Below, one piece after another: positions 1-13,388 of a stretch of 64,000 nt of DNA. A program made the translations under genes and the position numbers. Each line of letters opens with the position of its first letter. Within the stretch, counting starts at the first letter, position 1. The DNA is taken from positions 92,711,982 through 92,775,981 of the forward strand of contig NW_026262679.1 of the NCBI RefSeq assembly GCF_021869535.1. Direction: 5' to 3'. Source of the stretch: Mytilus californianus. Its lineage: Eukaryota. The notes under the pieces were generated by a model. It made no database searches, was not told the origin of the DNA, and saw nothing but the letters and a program-made list of their open reading frames with translations.

Positions 1-1337
1 TTCTAACATAGCGACAATAACTATCGGAATTCCATTAAAATATTCACATCTGATACTCTATTCACACTATCACATTTTCATGTTCCATTGCCTACAAAGT
101 ATTGGTCAAAACCTAGATTTGGCATATATTAAAAAGTTCACATCATAAGGCCAAAATAAAAAAAAAAATGTGTGTTTCTGGTTTCCTGACCCTACCTCCG
201 TTTCCGACGCCAACCTTATACATTTTATTGACAGTATTTTTTTTAAATATTAAAAATCCTGATTTTTTGGTCTTTCCGGATCTGATTATTCCTTTAGAAT
301 TTTACAGATCTTCAAAACGTTTGATAATAACGACCAATATGGATAAGTAAAGCGTTACAATGACCAAGATTTTAAATAAACAAGTATGGTTTTTCGACAA
401 CCGTGTAGCGTATAATTTAGCTGTTAAATATGCGAAATGTGATCACATGGACTCAAAATATAATGACATTGATTCCGGATAATTACAATGTGATGAAAAT
501 TTATGAAGTACATCATGATTGACATAAAGACAAAAAAAAAAATATGAAGTTGACGCATTTTGCTCAACTTTTTTGCACAGGTACGAGATGAGGTTTTTAA
601 AAATATTTGTATATATAATGAAAAGTGTATTCAGTATATATACATATATTAACAAAATCTTGTCGTGTACCTGTGCTTCTTTGGACCAAAAGTCAGAATC
701 TTTTCAGGATGGACAGACTGTATATGTCTGTTAATTGACAAACAATTTTAGAGTAAAATGAGTTCAATTTACTCCTAAAATCAATCCAGCTTTTGTTGTA
801 AAAACTCTCTTACCAATGTTGTACAGAATTGTGCTCTGACATGACGCAACATAAACGACTGTTAATGCTTTTTAGCTTTTGAGTTAATGACGGCAAGGGG
901 GGAAGACAACGGTGTACAAGAAAGAGGAAAAAAAGCTTTCCCCAGAAGGCAGACATGGTGTATGATTCATGTTCATTTATAAATGAATCTGCCCCAGCAC
1001 CATGTCTACTTTTATTCTTTTATATTTTCTCTGGCTGGTCCCATAACAATTTATACAAGAAAAGAAAAAAAAAAATCATGTCATATTTATATCTGCAATT
1101 TATTTGACCAGTAGGTAAAGACAAAGATTTAGCACTCTCACGCTTCTCAAAACCTGGAATTTTAATATTGTCAGAACCACCCACTCTTCAAGATCACATT
1201 CTGTCAACCATTAAACCACATCTGTATATTAAATAAAGAGGGTGCAAGGGTAGAGTATCGAAAAAATCATTATCAATTTGCTGCTTAGCATCGGTTCAGT
1301 GTTTTTAAGTTGTACTAATCTGCTTCAACATGTATAC

Positions 1338-1527
1338 CCTGTGAGTCATTCATTACATTGTTAGGTTCAACGAGGCCCAACATAACATACCATGCTGGAT
1401 TTTTCCCTGCCATTTTTGGTTTAAGATAATCAATCGGCAAGAACATATTCCTATTACGACCCATGAAATGCATAAAATTTGCATTAAAGTTTATTTCCAT
1501 ATTTCTGACACACATACCTGCCAAGCT
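1338..1527 (-). CDS. MCMBP: MCMBP exon (more 3' exons expected further left, not resolved)
   Basis: ggtttcag|AGC ... CAGG|GTATAC. ..MEINFNANFMHFMGRNRNMFLPIDYLKPKMAGKNPAWYVMLGLVEP.. aligns to human ..[48 protein letters not shown]. If the donor is not used the frame stops 7 codons later at 1315. A weak candidate for the next exon lies near 850-1000 on the minus strand (..LPPLPSLTQKLKSINSRL.. ending at CATTG|GTAAGA). Confidence 0.55.
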
Positions 1528-2003
1528 CTGAAACCTTCAAAGAGGGAGATTTCCCTCTCAGCTATGACAGCTGAGGGGGAGATTTTGTGCAAACAACATT
1601 TTCAAGTGAAATATATGACATGTTTATTTATTAATCTACGAAACACATATAAGAGTTAATAGATATACTTTTGTTTCTTTTAATATGGTTATATTCTACA
1701 GAAGATGTGTTGTTTGTTTCTTTCGTATTTATGTTAAAAGAGAGCAATTATGTTCTTACAGATTGTGCATTATGTATGTGCTCTTATAAAGTTCTCTGAA
1801 TATGGTTCAATACACACCTTATAAATTTCAATATAAACATTGAATAGAAGTATAGATCTTTTAAGTGATTTTTAAAATATAATTATTTTTTTTGTCTTAA
1901 GGCATACAAAATCTTTTAATTGCCATCCTTTTATGATTCTTTGTTGGCAGGTATGGACACAGAACTAAAACAGAAAATTAAAAGAGCTGTAGATTAAAGT
2001 ACT

Positions 2004-2083
2004 ATTCTAGATATCAAAGGAGCAGGCACATCAAACGATTTGATTTGGAACCTTTTTCTGATGTCATCAATAGAGAGAAAAAA
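2004..2083 (-). CDS. MCMBP: Possible MCMBP exon (boundaries and phase unresolved)
   Basis: After acceptor aaaacag, the minus-strand frame gives FFLSIDDIRKRFQIKSFDVPAPLISRI, which resembles human [29 protein letters not shown]. A further small candidate exon at about 2110-2160 (TKINKLCVSYFTSKKI versus TIENMNHLKFIPHKDY) could not be joined in phase. Confidence 0.3.
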
Positions 2084-2375
2084 CTGTTTTCATAAAATAA
2101 AATGTTTTACCTACCTACCCTACCTAATTTTTTTGGAGGTGAAATAGGAAACACACAATTTATTAATTTTGGTCTAATGAACATGAGTACTAAGTTTCAA
2201 GTTGAATTGACCACATCATCATAGTTAGCTACATTAACCCAAACCTTTAACCTGATACGGATTAATGGTCAGTCAGATGCCCATCCAAGAAAACATTATG
2301 CCCCTACTATATACTGTAATCAGGGCATAAAAGCTAAGAAATAAAGTACTTGTATTGCTTTTGATTAAGTTATAC

Positions 2376-2493
2376 CTGTGAAAGCAGTCCTGCCATGAAC
2401 ACTTGTAATAGCTGACCATATTTTGGCGTTACTGGGCAATGACTAAGGTTTAGACTAAACTTTCCTAGAGGCATCACATCGGCTCTGCCATAC
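2376..2493 (-). CDS. MCMBP: MCMBP exon
   Basis: attttcag|G ... CAG|GTATAAC. YGRADVMPLGKFSLNLSHCPVTPKYGQLLQVFMAGLLSQ aligns to human [44 protein letters not shown]. Confidence 0.85.
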
Positions 2494-2813
2494 CTGAAAA
2501 TCAATTTTTTTAAAGTTTAAAATCAATTGCTATGGTTCAGTTTAAGCTATTAGCTTCAAAAGGAACTCCCAAAGCCAACAAATTTTAGGTCGTGCATAAA
2601 ATCAATGATGCAGAACTTGCTTTCTTTTTCACAAGTACAAAATACTACATGTAGTATGCTAGTTCAGCCTCACACATCTAAAAAGCAGAATTTTGGTAAG
2701 TATTTCCCAATTATCATAGGGCAAAAAAATGGACTGTATGCTATTGTTTGCTATGATACCCCTGCTGAAATCAGTACCCAAACATGATGTTATTATGATA
2801 ATTGAATACTAAC

Positions 2814-2937
2814 ACAGATGATAATAGATGCAATAGAAAAAACTCTGCCGCTAAACTGTCCCCAAGTAGAGCATGTTCCAATAATTCCATTATTCTCCCT
2901 CTCAAAGTATCTATCTCTTGTTCAATTTGCTGAAATT
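2814..2937 (-). CDS. MCMBP: MCMBP exon
   Basis: tttttttcag|AA ... TCTGT|[47 protein letters not shown](V) aligns to human [43 protein letters not shown]. Confidence 0.85.
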
Positions 2938-3023
2938 CTGAAAAAAATTGCATTAATACATACACTGACAATAAAGGGTATAAGAATAAATTCAAAGTAG
3001 AGATTTATTACTTAATATCTAAG

Positions 3024-3206
3024 GGCTGTTCCATTAAAACATACATGGTACTCAGGGAAGGCACTTTAAAAATGGGTTAACCACCTATGGGGGCAAATTA
3101 AATTTCACTTTACATTTCCACTATGCAAAAACAGATGACACCCTCCCATAGTTGAGATTTGAAAGTGCCTTCCCTGGGTCCCATGTATGTTTTTATGGAA
3201 CAGCCC
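3024..3206. mobile_element. MITE of about 183 bp with about 45-bp terminal inverted repeats and TAA flanks (Tourist/PIF-Harbinger-like)
   Basis: Left end AGGGCTGTTCCATTAAAACATACATGGTACTCAGGGAAGGCACTTT. The reverse complement of the right end is AGGGCTGTTCCATAAAAACATACATGGGACCCAGGGAAGGCACTTT. Flanked by TAA on both sides. Lies in an MCMBP intron. Confidence 0.75.
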
Positions 3207-3552
3207 TAAATCAAATAACAAAAATTTGGAAACTTTGTCAGAACTATCACTTTTAAGTTGGAAAAGTATAATGCTTCATTTTTATAGTACAAATAAAAGA
3301 GTTACAACAAATATCTTTTCAATTTCTTTACACATGCACTGTTTTCATTAAATAAAATTCACAGGTTATCACTTTGAGGACACTATTATAACATATTTTG
3401 AACATGTAATAAAACTATTAAGGTTTAAACTGAACTCATACAAGTGTTTTCTTAGAGCAATCAAATATTTGTTATGTATTTAAAAACTAGATGTGTCAGA
3501 ATGACACAAATGGCCCCATGCACTAAAAAAGCTTGAAGCCATTTTTAGGAGT

Positions 3553-3870
3553 GGAAATTTTCAAAGTCCAAAGCCTGTTATTTCAACAAAATTCATCAGA
3601 GCGGAACGAAACATAAACACAATCTGTAACTCATTATAATAGATTCACATACTAAAAATCAGCTCAATATGTGAAAGCATTTAGAAAAAAAGTCTGTATA
3701 ACTGTTATTTTCACATATTTTTCAAAGTCCAAAGCACGTAATTTTGTCAAAAATCAGCGGAGCGGAACCAAACGTAAACTTGAACTGTTACTCATCATGG
3801 TAGACTCACATACTAAAACTCAGCTCAATATGTGAAGGTGTTTAGAAAAAAAAGGTTTTTTTTCCTTCAT
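3553..3870. repeat. Tandem duplication, 2 copies of about 165 bp
   Basis: The unit gaaattttcaaagtccaaagc...cagctcaatatgtgaa(a/g)g..tttagaaaaaaa occurs twice head-to-tail. Confidence 0.7.
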
Positions 3871-3927
3871 AATAAATTGGTTTTAGTAGTCTATGATTAA
3901 AGCTGCAATCTATGTGTTTCCACTTAC

Positions 3928-4097
3928 TGGCTTTATATTCATCTGTGTCTGGTATCTGTGGCAGTAGTGGGTTATTGTGTGTCAGTTTGTTACACAAAAC
4001 AGCATGTAATCTTGGTACCAATGAAGGGGGCGGGGCATGAGCATTTATCTCTTCTACAGGTGGCTGATATCCTTCTATACCAAATTCTTCCGGTTGA
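3928..4097 (-). CDS. MCMBP: MCMBP exon
   Basis: ttttag|T ... GCCA|[62 protein letters not shown] aligns to human [48 protein letters not shown]. Phase is continuous with neighbours. Confidence 0.85.
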
Positions 4098-4920
4098 CTA
4101 AAATATTACAAAATTATTTGGTTTAATTTTCATAAATATTTACTGGTCAAATATGCAAATCAATTGAATAACAATTTGTAAAATTTAAGAAAATTATTTG
4201 AATGTTCAAGATAAATTACAGCATTTAATGATAGGTAATGATTATTTTTAATATACAATGAATCTGTTACAGTTTAAGAATCAATTACAATCAAAGTTGA
4301 AAATTAATTGAAATAAATCTGAAATGATAGTTTTTTCTTACAATCGACAATTTTTCAGTGACTCCCATGGTTTAGTGTGCTCCTTGCAACTTGTTTTAAT
4401 TTTGGAATTAAATTTGATGTTGGTCTGAGAGCATTAGCACCACATGCCTTTTAATATTTGTCATATTTTTCAATCTGTATTTACTATCTTTGAAACTCAA
4501 TATAAAATAATGAGAGAAAGTTAGATCTATCAGTATATGGTCTCTTCACTTAACAAATACAGGTATACAAAACTGCAGGTCTCCTCGTATTTTTTCAATT
4601 GTGAGTGAACAGCAATATCAAAAATGTTAAATTGCAGGGTAAAAACATTTTATTTACTTTACAGTGGTTTATTTTTGCAGCGTTTCAATATCACGATTTT
4701 CACAATTCTATTTCAATCTCAAAATTAGGGAAAATAATCCCCTCGTTAAAATTTCCTTCTTCACTTATTGTCTCAAAATATAAAAAAAAATATAAATGAT
4801 CCATAAGAAACAGGAGGAAAGCTTGATGAGACTACTTTTCTTCCTGTATGTTAAGCTTTTACAAATAAATTTCACATTTTTTAACAATGTAAATATGTTT
4901 CAAATTAACAATGCACTTAC

Positions 4921-5018
4921 TTTTCAGGATTAAATTGTGCTAAGGCTGGATCCACAGATAATATTCCAATGAATTCTACCATATCGTTCACTTTAAACTT
5001 GTCAATATCATCATAAAT
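4921..5018 (-). CDS. MCMBP: MCMBP exon
   Basis: taatttcag|ATT ... AAAA|GTAAGTG. IYDDIDKFKVNDMVEFIGILSVDPALAQFNPE aligns to human [33 protein letters not shown]. At least one exon between 5019 and 11207 (human ..GEKGPACLVK) was not found. Confidence 0.85.
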
Positions 5019-6224
5019 CTGAAATTACAAGAAGTTGCATCAATAAGGCATGCACAGGAAGACAGGTTTATCAGAATAGTGCACTTTACATATTCCTTAG
5101 CTACTGCAAAAGGAAGAGGTGGCCTAAAATCATTAAAGGTTCTGTCCTTTCAAAGGGGTATTCTCCAGCTAAGCTTGGTGAATGTTTGACATTTGGTTCA
5201 GAGTTATCATCCAAATACGAAATGTTTGCTCCAATTTCAACCTATCAATGACTGCAGGTGACCTTGACCTTTCCCATGTTACCTCAAAATCAATATGGTT
5301 TCTTTGTCATCTCATGTTTAGTAAAAGTTTGGTTCAAATGAAAACATTCAGAAATTAAAATTTCAGTCCATCAATAAATGCTGTGACCTCTACTTTTGAA
5401 CCCCAAACCTCACCTAAAATGGTTTTATAGTCAAGTTTGGTAAAAGTTGGACATCTGGTTCAAATGATAACATCCAGACACCAAAATGTCAATCTATTAA
5501 TAGCTGTTACCTTGAATTATTGACACTAAAATCAAAAGGCTTCTTCCTCACCCATTTATCAAGCAAAGTGTTGAAAAGATATTTCTTTTTCATTCAAAAG
5601 ACTTTGTCTGAAGAGCCTGGTGGCGTTCAGCATATCATTTATCAAGTTCAACTTCATCACAACTTGGCTAAAAGTCAGTTCAGACTAACTACATGTTACA
5701 TATCTCTGAAAGGTTGAATAACTTACCTTGAAAAAAAAGTTCACAAAAAATATGCTAAGAGAATTAGTCTACAGATAAGCAGTCTTAATATAACAAACGA
5801 AACTCGAAACCTGTCTGAACATGATTGATTCAAAAGTTAATTTATACCAACGTCAATACATTTTGAAGCTGTAAATTTTATCACTGGTCTACCCAAGAGG
5901 TTCATTTTAGGTGCGTTTCACTGTATCATCCTGATTTTGATCAAACATGCAGATGTACCATTCTTCCCTTAACTAAACATTATCTAGAATACATGTACTG
6001 TACTTGCCTTGACCAAACAAGCTGTACCTTTTTCTCCTTGCAAAGGGAAGTTTAAATCATGACCCACATTTGGAGGCTGAGCTGAAACATAAAATAACTG
6101 ACTATAATTTCCCTTTTCCTTTATGCAATTTCATAAAAGTTTTAATTTACAGTGGAAACTATATGTTGATTATTGAAGCAAATAAAAAGCCAGAAAAAAA
6201 GAAACTTTTATTGGACTGCATTCT

Positions 6225-9200
6225 ATATGCAATAAAATGCTCCGCTGGGGCGCAGCTTAATACGACCGCAGAGGTCGAACCCTGAACAGTTGGGGCAAGT
6301 ATGGACACAACATTCAAGCTTGATACAGCACTGAATTTGGATTGTAATTAAATATTTGACACAGCATAGGTTTCTCACACAGAATGAAAGTAGTCTAAGA
6401 ACTTAAATTTTTTTAATTTACCTATTCAAACCATATCATTATTATTTGCTTTTATATATAAATCAGAAATAACCAATTTAAAATGGAAAATTTTAAAGAA
6501 AAAAAAGGGAAAAAAAATCCCCCCCCCAAATTTTTTGAAACCCCCTTATGATTCATCACCCCCAAACTCAATCCCAGCCTTCCCTTTGTGGTATGGTACC
6601 TTGCAGTACAATTTCAGAGAGATCCATACACTAGAACACAAATTATTGTCTGGAAACTAGAAAAATGCTTGGGTTTTTTGCACCTTTTTGGCCCCCAATT
6701 CCTAAAAGTTTAGGGCAATTACCCCCAAACTCAAACCAAGCTTTCCCTTTGTGATATGGAACCTTGCAGTACAATTTCATAAAGATCCATACACTTACAC
6801 ACAAGTTATTGTCATGAAACTAGAAAAATGCTTGTTTTTTTGCCCCTTTATGGCCCCTAATTCCTAACATTTTGAGACAATTACCCCCAAAAACAATCCC
6901 AGCCTTCCCTTTGTGGTATGGTACCTTGCAGTACAATTTCAGAGAGATCCATACACTTGAACACAAGTTATTGTCTGGAAACTAGAAAAATGCTTATTTT
7001 TGGCCCCTTATTCCTAAACGTTTTGGGCAAGTACCCCCAAACTCAATTCCAGCTTTCCCTTTGTGATATGGAACCTTGTAGTACAATTTCATAAATATCC
7101 ATACACTTACACACAAGTTATTGTCATGAAACTAGAAAAATGCTTGTTTTTTGCCCCCATAATTCCTAAAATTTGGAGGCAATTACCCCCAAAATCAATC
7201 CCAGCATTCAAACCCTCAATCAGCATCATTTAACAGTAATATCTAAAAAGGGAAATTACATAATAAAGGTATTAAAATAGAAAATGACATAGTCATGGCT
7301 AAAAATAAACAAAATCCTTAATCAGCAACATTTTACAGTAATATCTAAAAATAAAATTCCTTTGTAACCATAAAAGCCCATTTAAATACATCATGACAGA
7401 TATTAAAATAGAAAATGACATCATAGTCATGGCTAAACATAGCAAAAACCTTAATCAGCATCATTTAACAGTAATATCTAAAAATAAAAATTTCTTTGCA
7501 ACCATAAAAGTAAAATAGAAAATGACATCATAATCATAGCTAAAAATAAACAAAAATTTTTTTTATTACCAAATTTTAAATGGAGTTTATTAAACTAAAA
7601 CAATAAATTTGCAACCATAAAACCCCATTTAAACACATCATAAAAGTATTAAATAATTCAACTACATCATAAGGCTATAAAAATAGAAAATGACTTCATA
7701 GTCAAGGCTAAAGGTAAACAAAAAACCTTCATCAGCAAAATTTTATATTGGCAAATTTCCAATGAAGTTTATTATACTAAAATTGTTGGCAAATTTCCAA
7801 TGCATTTATTAACAATAAAGTTATTGGCAAATTTCCAATTTACATAATTTAAAAGCAGTGTAAGTGAGATATTTAAATGAGTTTGAATTACCAACCTTAC
7901 ACTGCTTTTAAATAATGTTTTGTACTTATTTGTCTATTAACCTGGAAACCCTTGTTTTTTCACCTTTTTTTCCCTTATTATTTAAAGGTTTGAGCCATAA
8001 CCCTACCCCAAAGCCAATTCTTAAATTCCAATGTAACCTAAATTTACAATATACATAACTTCAATTTAAGTTTTTGATAAAATCAAACCACATCATTATT
8101 ATTTGCTTTTATATCTAAATCAGAAATAATTAACCAACTTTAAGTGGAAAATTTTCACACATCACGCCCCCCCAAACTCAATCCCAGCCTTCAGTTTGTG
8201 GTATGGTACCTTGCAGTACAATTTCACAGAGATCCAATTACTTAAACACAATTAATTGTTGGAAACTAAAAAAAAATGCTTATTTTTAACCCCTTTTTTA
8301 GCCCCTTATTCCTAAACATTTGAGCAATTATCCCCCAAACTCAATTCCAACTTTCTCTTTGTGATCAGAATTAACCAACTTAAAATGGAAAATTTTAAAG
8401 AAAAAAAAAAGGAAAAAAAATCCCCCCCCCCCCCCAAATTTTTTGACCCACTTCCCTTTGTGGTATGGTACCTTTAAGTACAATTTCAGAGAAATCCATA
8501 CACTTGAACACAAGTTAATGTCTGGAAACTAAAAAAATGCTTATTTTTGCCCCCTTTTTTGGCCACTTATTAATAAATGTTTTGGGCAAACATTTTACAA
8601 TAATATTTAAAACTGAAATTAATTTGTAACCTTAAAATTAAATAGAAAATGACATCATAGTCATAGCTAAAAATAAACAAACTATTGGTAAATTTCCAAT
8701 ATAAAATTGGCAAATTTCCAATGAAGTTTATTATACTAAAATAATTGGCAAATTTCCAATTTACATAATTCAAACATAGTGCAGGTGAGATATTTAAATG
8801 AGTTTGAATTACCAACCTTACACTGCTTTTAAATAATGTTCTTTACTCAATTATTTGTCTATTAAAATGGAAACCCTAGTTTTTTAACCTTTTTTCCCCT
8901 TATTCCTTAAACGAAAAAAAATAATTACCCCTTTTTTGACCCCCCCCCCCCCTATGATTCATCACCCCCATTCCCCCCCCCCAAACCAAGCTCAATAACA
9001 GCCTTGCCTTTGTGGTATGGTACCTTGTAATACAATTTTAGAGAGATCCATACACTTGAACACAAGTTATTGTCTAGAAACTAAAAAATGCTTATTTTTT
9101 ACCCCTTTTTAGGCCCCTTATTACTAAACGTTTTGGGCAATTACCACAAAACTCATTTCCAGCTTTCCCTTTGCGAAATGGAACCTTGTAGTAAAATTTC

Positions 9201-9700
9201 AGAAAGATCCATACACTTACACACAAGTTATTGTCATGAAACTAGAAAAATGCTTGTTTTTTGCCCCCTTTTGGCCCCTTATTCCTAAAATTTCGAGGAA
9301 ATTAACCCCAAAATCAATCCCATCATCGACCCTTTGTGATATGGAATCTTGTAGTACAATGTCAAAGAGATCCATACAATAACACACAAGTTATGTCTGG
9401 AAGTTACAAAAATGCTTATTTTCGGCCCCTTTTTGGCCCCTAATTATTTAACTGTTGGTACCATAACCCCCAAAATCAATCCCCACCTTCCTATTGTGGT
9501 ATTGAACCTTATGGTAAAATTTCATAGAGATCCATTCACTTAAACTAAAGTTAGAGTGCGAAAACCATTGTGTATTCGGACGACGACGCCGGACGACGAC
9601 GACGCCGGACGACGACGACGACGACGACGACGCCAACGTCATACCAATATACGACCACAAAATTTTTTTGCGGTCGTATAAAAACAACACAAGTAAAGGC
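6225..9700 (-). mobile_element. Compound or nested Helentron-like non-autonomous element(s) carrying satellite arrays, minus orientation
   Basis: 6225-6400 is the reverse complement of the 3' terminus seen at 37920-38099. It is followed by an A/T plus poly-C junction (6400-6560), a 150-160-bp satellite array (6560-7200) and a different tandem repeat of about 115-120 bp (7200-7560). Further satellite units are interspersed with extra junction copies (8100-8600) and a second satellite array (8930-9560). The element ends with a (GAC/GTC)n microsatellite at 9575-9640 and the hairpin terminus tatacgacc..ggtcgtata at 9640-9700. Lies in an MCMBP intron. Confidence 0.7.
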
Positions 9701-11207
9701 TATACCATGACATGTCTAAGTTACATACATAACAGGATTTAAAATTGTAGCCTTTTCAATTGAAAACATTGTATGACCTGATAAAATAATTGTTCTTGGA
9801 GCTTTTAAAGTAGATTCTTCTCAGAAGTTCATGTAACACAAATTCTCATTTTTTCATAAACAAAAGCTGGATAAGTCAATCAAATCTATATCACTTCTAT
9901 CAAAAGAAATTAAAATATCAACTAACACCCTCCAAATTTTTTCAAAACATAGGTCTGTCACATATTAGCAGATATATTTTTGGACTTGAGCCTTGCATAT
10001 GCTTTAGGTGTTTAAACTTTTTGTGTTTGTCTCATCTGAGATCTTGTTATTCATATTTAGATATAAGCAACAGTCTCCTCCAATAAAATATTTGGCCAAA
10101 TGATCTCTTTCAAACATGCATAGTGAGTAAAATATCTTTTTGAGGTAGGCTGTTGATCATAATTAATTTTACAAAAAACTACCGTAGAAAGGCTTGTATA
10201 GTTCGCACTGGTACATAGTCCGCACCCCCTTCTCCCCACGAAATTTTAGGTAAAAAAACTTTTTGTAACTGTTAGAAAAGGTCTAATGAAACTCCGGTAA
10301 TTTCAAATCCTGTGCGGTCGTTTGCAGTATTTTCTTGGAAAAACCTGTTTTCCATCATCAAACAGAAGCTTAAAAAGCACGTGTAAAAGAAGAAACTAAC
10401 CGGTGAGAGTCGAAATCCGTACATAACAGATATCACTATAATACGACTTTGAAAGTAAAACAGTTCCATCCTTTTGTAAAACAGTCTTTAATATATCTAT
10501 CACATTAATGTTTGAAGGGTCTTAAGCTAATACAAACCATATTAGTCAGTATGAAACACCAAAACGGAACAAACAATAACCGATTACGTTTTGTAGTTTA
10601 CAAATTCTAAGCTGGTTTACGGTTGTCTTTTTCACTATGTTTGTATCGTTTCAATCAAGCAGATACCAGTTTATTTCAACCAATGCATTGAAAAGAAACG
10701 AGAAATTTGTAATGAAAGGTTTAGTTTTTATATTTATCAGTATTAATTTGATATTGAATAGAAATAACTTATTAATATGGATGAGTTAAAATTATTAGTT
10801 TGAAAAATGATAAGAGCGCCCTCTACAATTATAATAACAAAGATGGCGGAACGTAAACAAACCACCTCGCCCGCGAAATTGAAATTTTTCTCTTATTTCT
10901 TGCTTATTGTACTCTATAGTCCGCACCCCGTCTGGAAGGTCCAATTTTGGAGAATAAAACCGCGGACTATACAAGCCTTTCTACGGTATGCTAAAAATTG
11001 CCATTTAGGTCTATTTCCAGATGTTTGTGATTTTGCAGCGACATCAAAAAAGACATTTCTACACTAAAGTGACCAGATTATATCACCACAATTCAATTTT
11101 CATGAACATAAACATAATTTGGAAAGAAAATTTCTGTTTTTTTTTAACAATTTCATATGCAAAACAATTGGTGTTCACATAACCCCTACATTCCAGTGTA
11201 GAAATAC

Positions 11208-11388
11208 CTTGTGTGTTTTCTGTTCTCGTCCTCTTTGATTCTGCTGCATCACAGGATTCTGTATTTGCACTTGGTTCTGAAGTCTCCATAGCAACATCTT
11301 CTGATTCTTCATCCAATGAACGTTTATTTCTTACTGGAACATGTGACATTGATGGTTGAACTTTGACACCTGCTTTGTCAGCATATGT
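11208..11388 (-). CDS. MCMBP: MCMBP exon
   Basis: cattatag|ACA ... CAAG|GTATTT. TYADKAGVKVQPSMSHVPVRNKRSLDEESEDVAMETSEPSANTE.. aligns to human AYVNANQARVSPSTSYTPSRHKRSYEDDDDMDLQ. Confidence 0.75.
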
Positions 11389-11609
11389 CTATAATGAACA
11401 AATTCAGTTGAAATATTTTTCAAAAGTGTAAAAATTGTTTACTTAAAACTTAGATACTATAAGCATGGTTATATATACAATTGACAGTTATAAGAGTCAA
11501 AACTTTTTTTCGTTTCATTTAAACTAGAGGCTCTAAAGAGCCTGTGTCGCTCACCTTGGTCTATGTGCATATTAAACAAAGGACACAGATGGATTCATGA
11601 CAAAATTGT

Positions 11610-12790
11610 GTTTTGGTGATGGTGATGTGTTTGTAGATCTTACTTTACTGAATATTCTTGCTCCTTACTATTATCTCTATCTATAATGAACTTGGCCCGG
11701 TAGTTACAGTGGAAAATACTTATAAAAATTTACAAAAATTTACAAAATTTATGAAAATTGTAAAAAATTGACTATAAAGGGCAATAACTCCTTAAGGGGT
11801 CAATTGACGATTTTGGTCATGTTGCCTTATTTGTAGATCTTACTTTGCTGAACATTATTGCTGTTTACAGTTTATCTCTATCTATAATAATATTCAAGAT
11901 AATAACCAAAAACGGCAAAATTTCCTTAAAATCACCAATTCAGGGGCAGCAACCCAACAACGGGTTGCCTGATTGGTCTGAAAATTTCAGGGCAGATAGA
12001 TCTTGACCTAATGAACAATTTTATACTCATCAGATTTGCTCTAAATGCTTTGGTTTCAGAGATATGAGCCAAAAACTGCATTTTACCCTATGTATATTTT
12101 TTAGCCATGTCGGCCATCTTGGTTCGCGGGCAGGGTCATTGGACACATTTTTTAAACAAGATACCCTAATGATGATTGTGGACAAGTTTGGTTAAATTTG
12201 TCTTAGTAGTTTCATAGGAGAAGATTTTTGTAAAAGATTACAAAAGTTTACGAAAAATGGTTAAAAATTGACTATAAAGGGCAATAACTCCTTAAGGGGT
12301 CAACTGACCATTTTGGTCAAGTTGACTTATTTGTAGATCTTACTTTGCTGAACATTATTGCTGTTTACAGTTTACCTCTATCTATAATAATATTCAAGAT
12401 AACCAAAAACTGCAAAATTTCCTTAAAATTACCAATTCAGGGGCAGCAACCCAACAACGGGTTGTCCGATTCATCTGAAAATTTCAGGGCAGATAGATCT
12501 TGACCTGATAAACAATTTTACCCCCATGTCAGATTTGCTCTAAATGCTTTGGTTTCAGAGATATAAGCCAAAATCTACATTTTACCCCTATGTTCTATTT
12601 TTAGCCATGGCGGCCATCTTGGTTGGTTGGCCGGGTCACCGGACATATTTTTTAAACTAGATACCCCAATAATGATTGTGGCCAAGTTTGGTCAAATTTG
12701 GCCCAGTAGTTTCAGAGGAGAAGATTTTTGTAAAAGTTTACGGACGACGGACGCAAAGTGATGAGAAAAGCTCACTTGACCTTTCAGGTC
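11610..12790. repeat. Tandem duplication of a unit of about 600 bp (2 copies)
   Basis: Blocks of more than 500 bp recur with about 90% identity, for example attgactataaagggcaataactccttaaggggtcaa..tttgtagatcttactttgctgaacattattgctgtttacag at 11780 and 12270. Lies in an MCMBP intron. Confidence 0.7.
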
Positions 12791-13388
12791 AGGTGAGATA
12801 AAAATGGACACCCCCACCAATGAGATGGTTCATTTACTATTTCATGTAAAACTATATCGTGGTCTAGTGCTTACCACTAAGAAAACACATTCTGTTGCTC
12901 CTATAAATTGAATTGTTGATAAAACAACGTTGTTTTTCATTAAAAATCCAACATCCGAGTCGGGATAAATTGTAGGATTTCAACAAGCTTGCATGTAGAA
13001 GATATGGGACATCAAACGGGGAAAGGGGTGTAAAACTTTTTTTTTTACATGACATCAATTTTTGTGTTTGAGAAATATGCATCAAAGTCCTGCTTTACAT
13101 ATCTTCAGTCCTTTCAGGCAAAAAAAGGAGCCTTCAAATCGTACCAGTTGTCAATTTTTAGATCCAGAGTATTGAGGCAAAAGCACATGTAATATTATCA
13201 AAGGCTTTATTAATCTGCAATTTGAACATGTGATTGTATACTGATAAATACAGATGCAGTTCCAAAATATCATCCAATAACATATATTTTGCATTAAGGA
13301 AAATTATAATATATGTTATTTCAGGAAAGTCTAAAATGCATTTCATAAGGATCATAATGCCTGTTACCACTTTATTTTAAAACCCTAC

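Noticed and set aside
5100-5560. Internally repetitive segment with gtgaccttgacctttcccatgttacctcaaaatcaatatgg-type blocks
   Set aside because: It looks like a common dispersed repeat. No consistent ORF or splice logic was found, and its boundaries could not be set confidently enough to report as a feature.
6400-9600. Regularly spaced repeats that could be mistaken for a CRISPR array
   Set aside because: This is eukaryotic DNA. The units are 150-160 bp with no unique spacers and there are no cas genes, so these are satellites.
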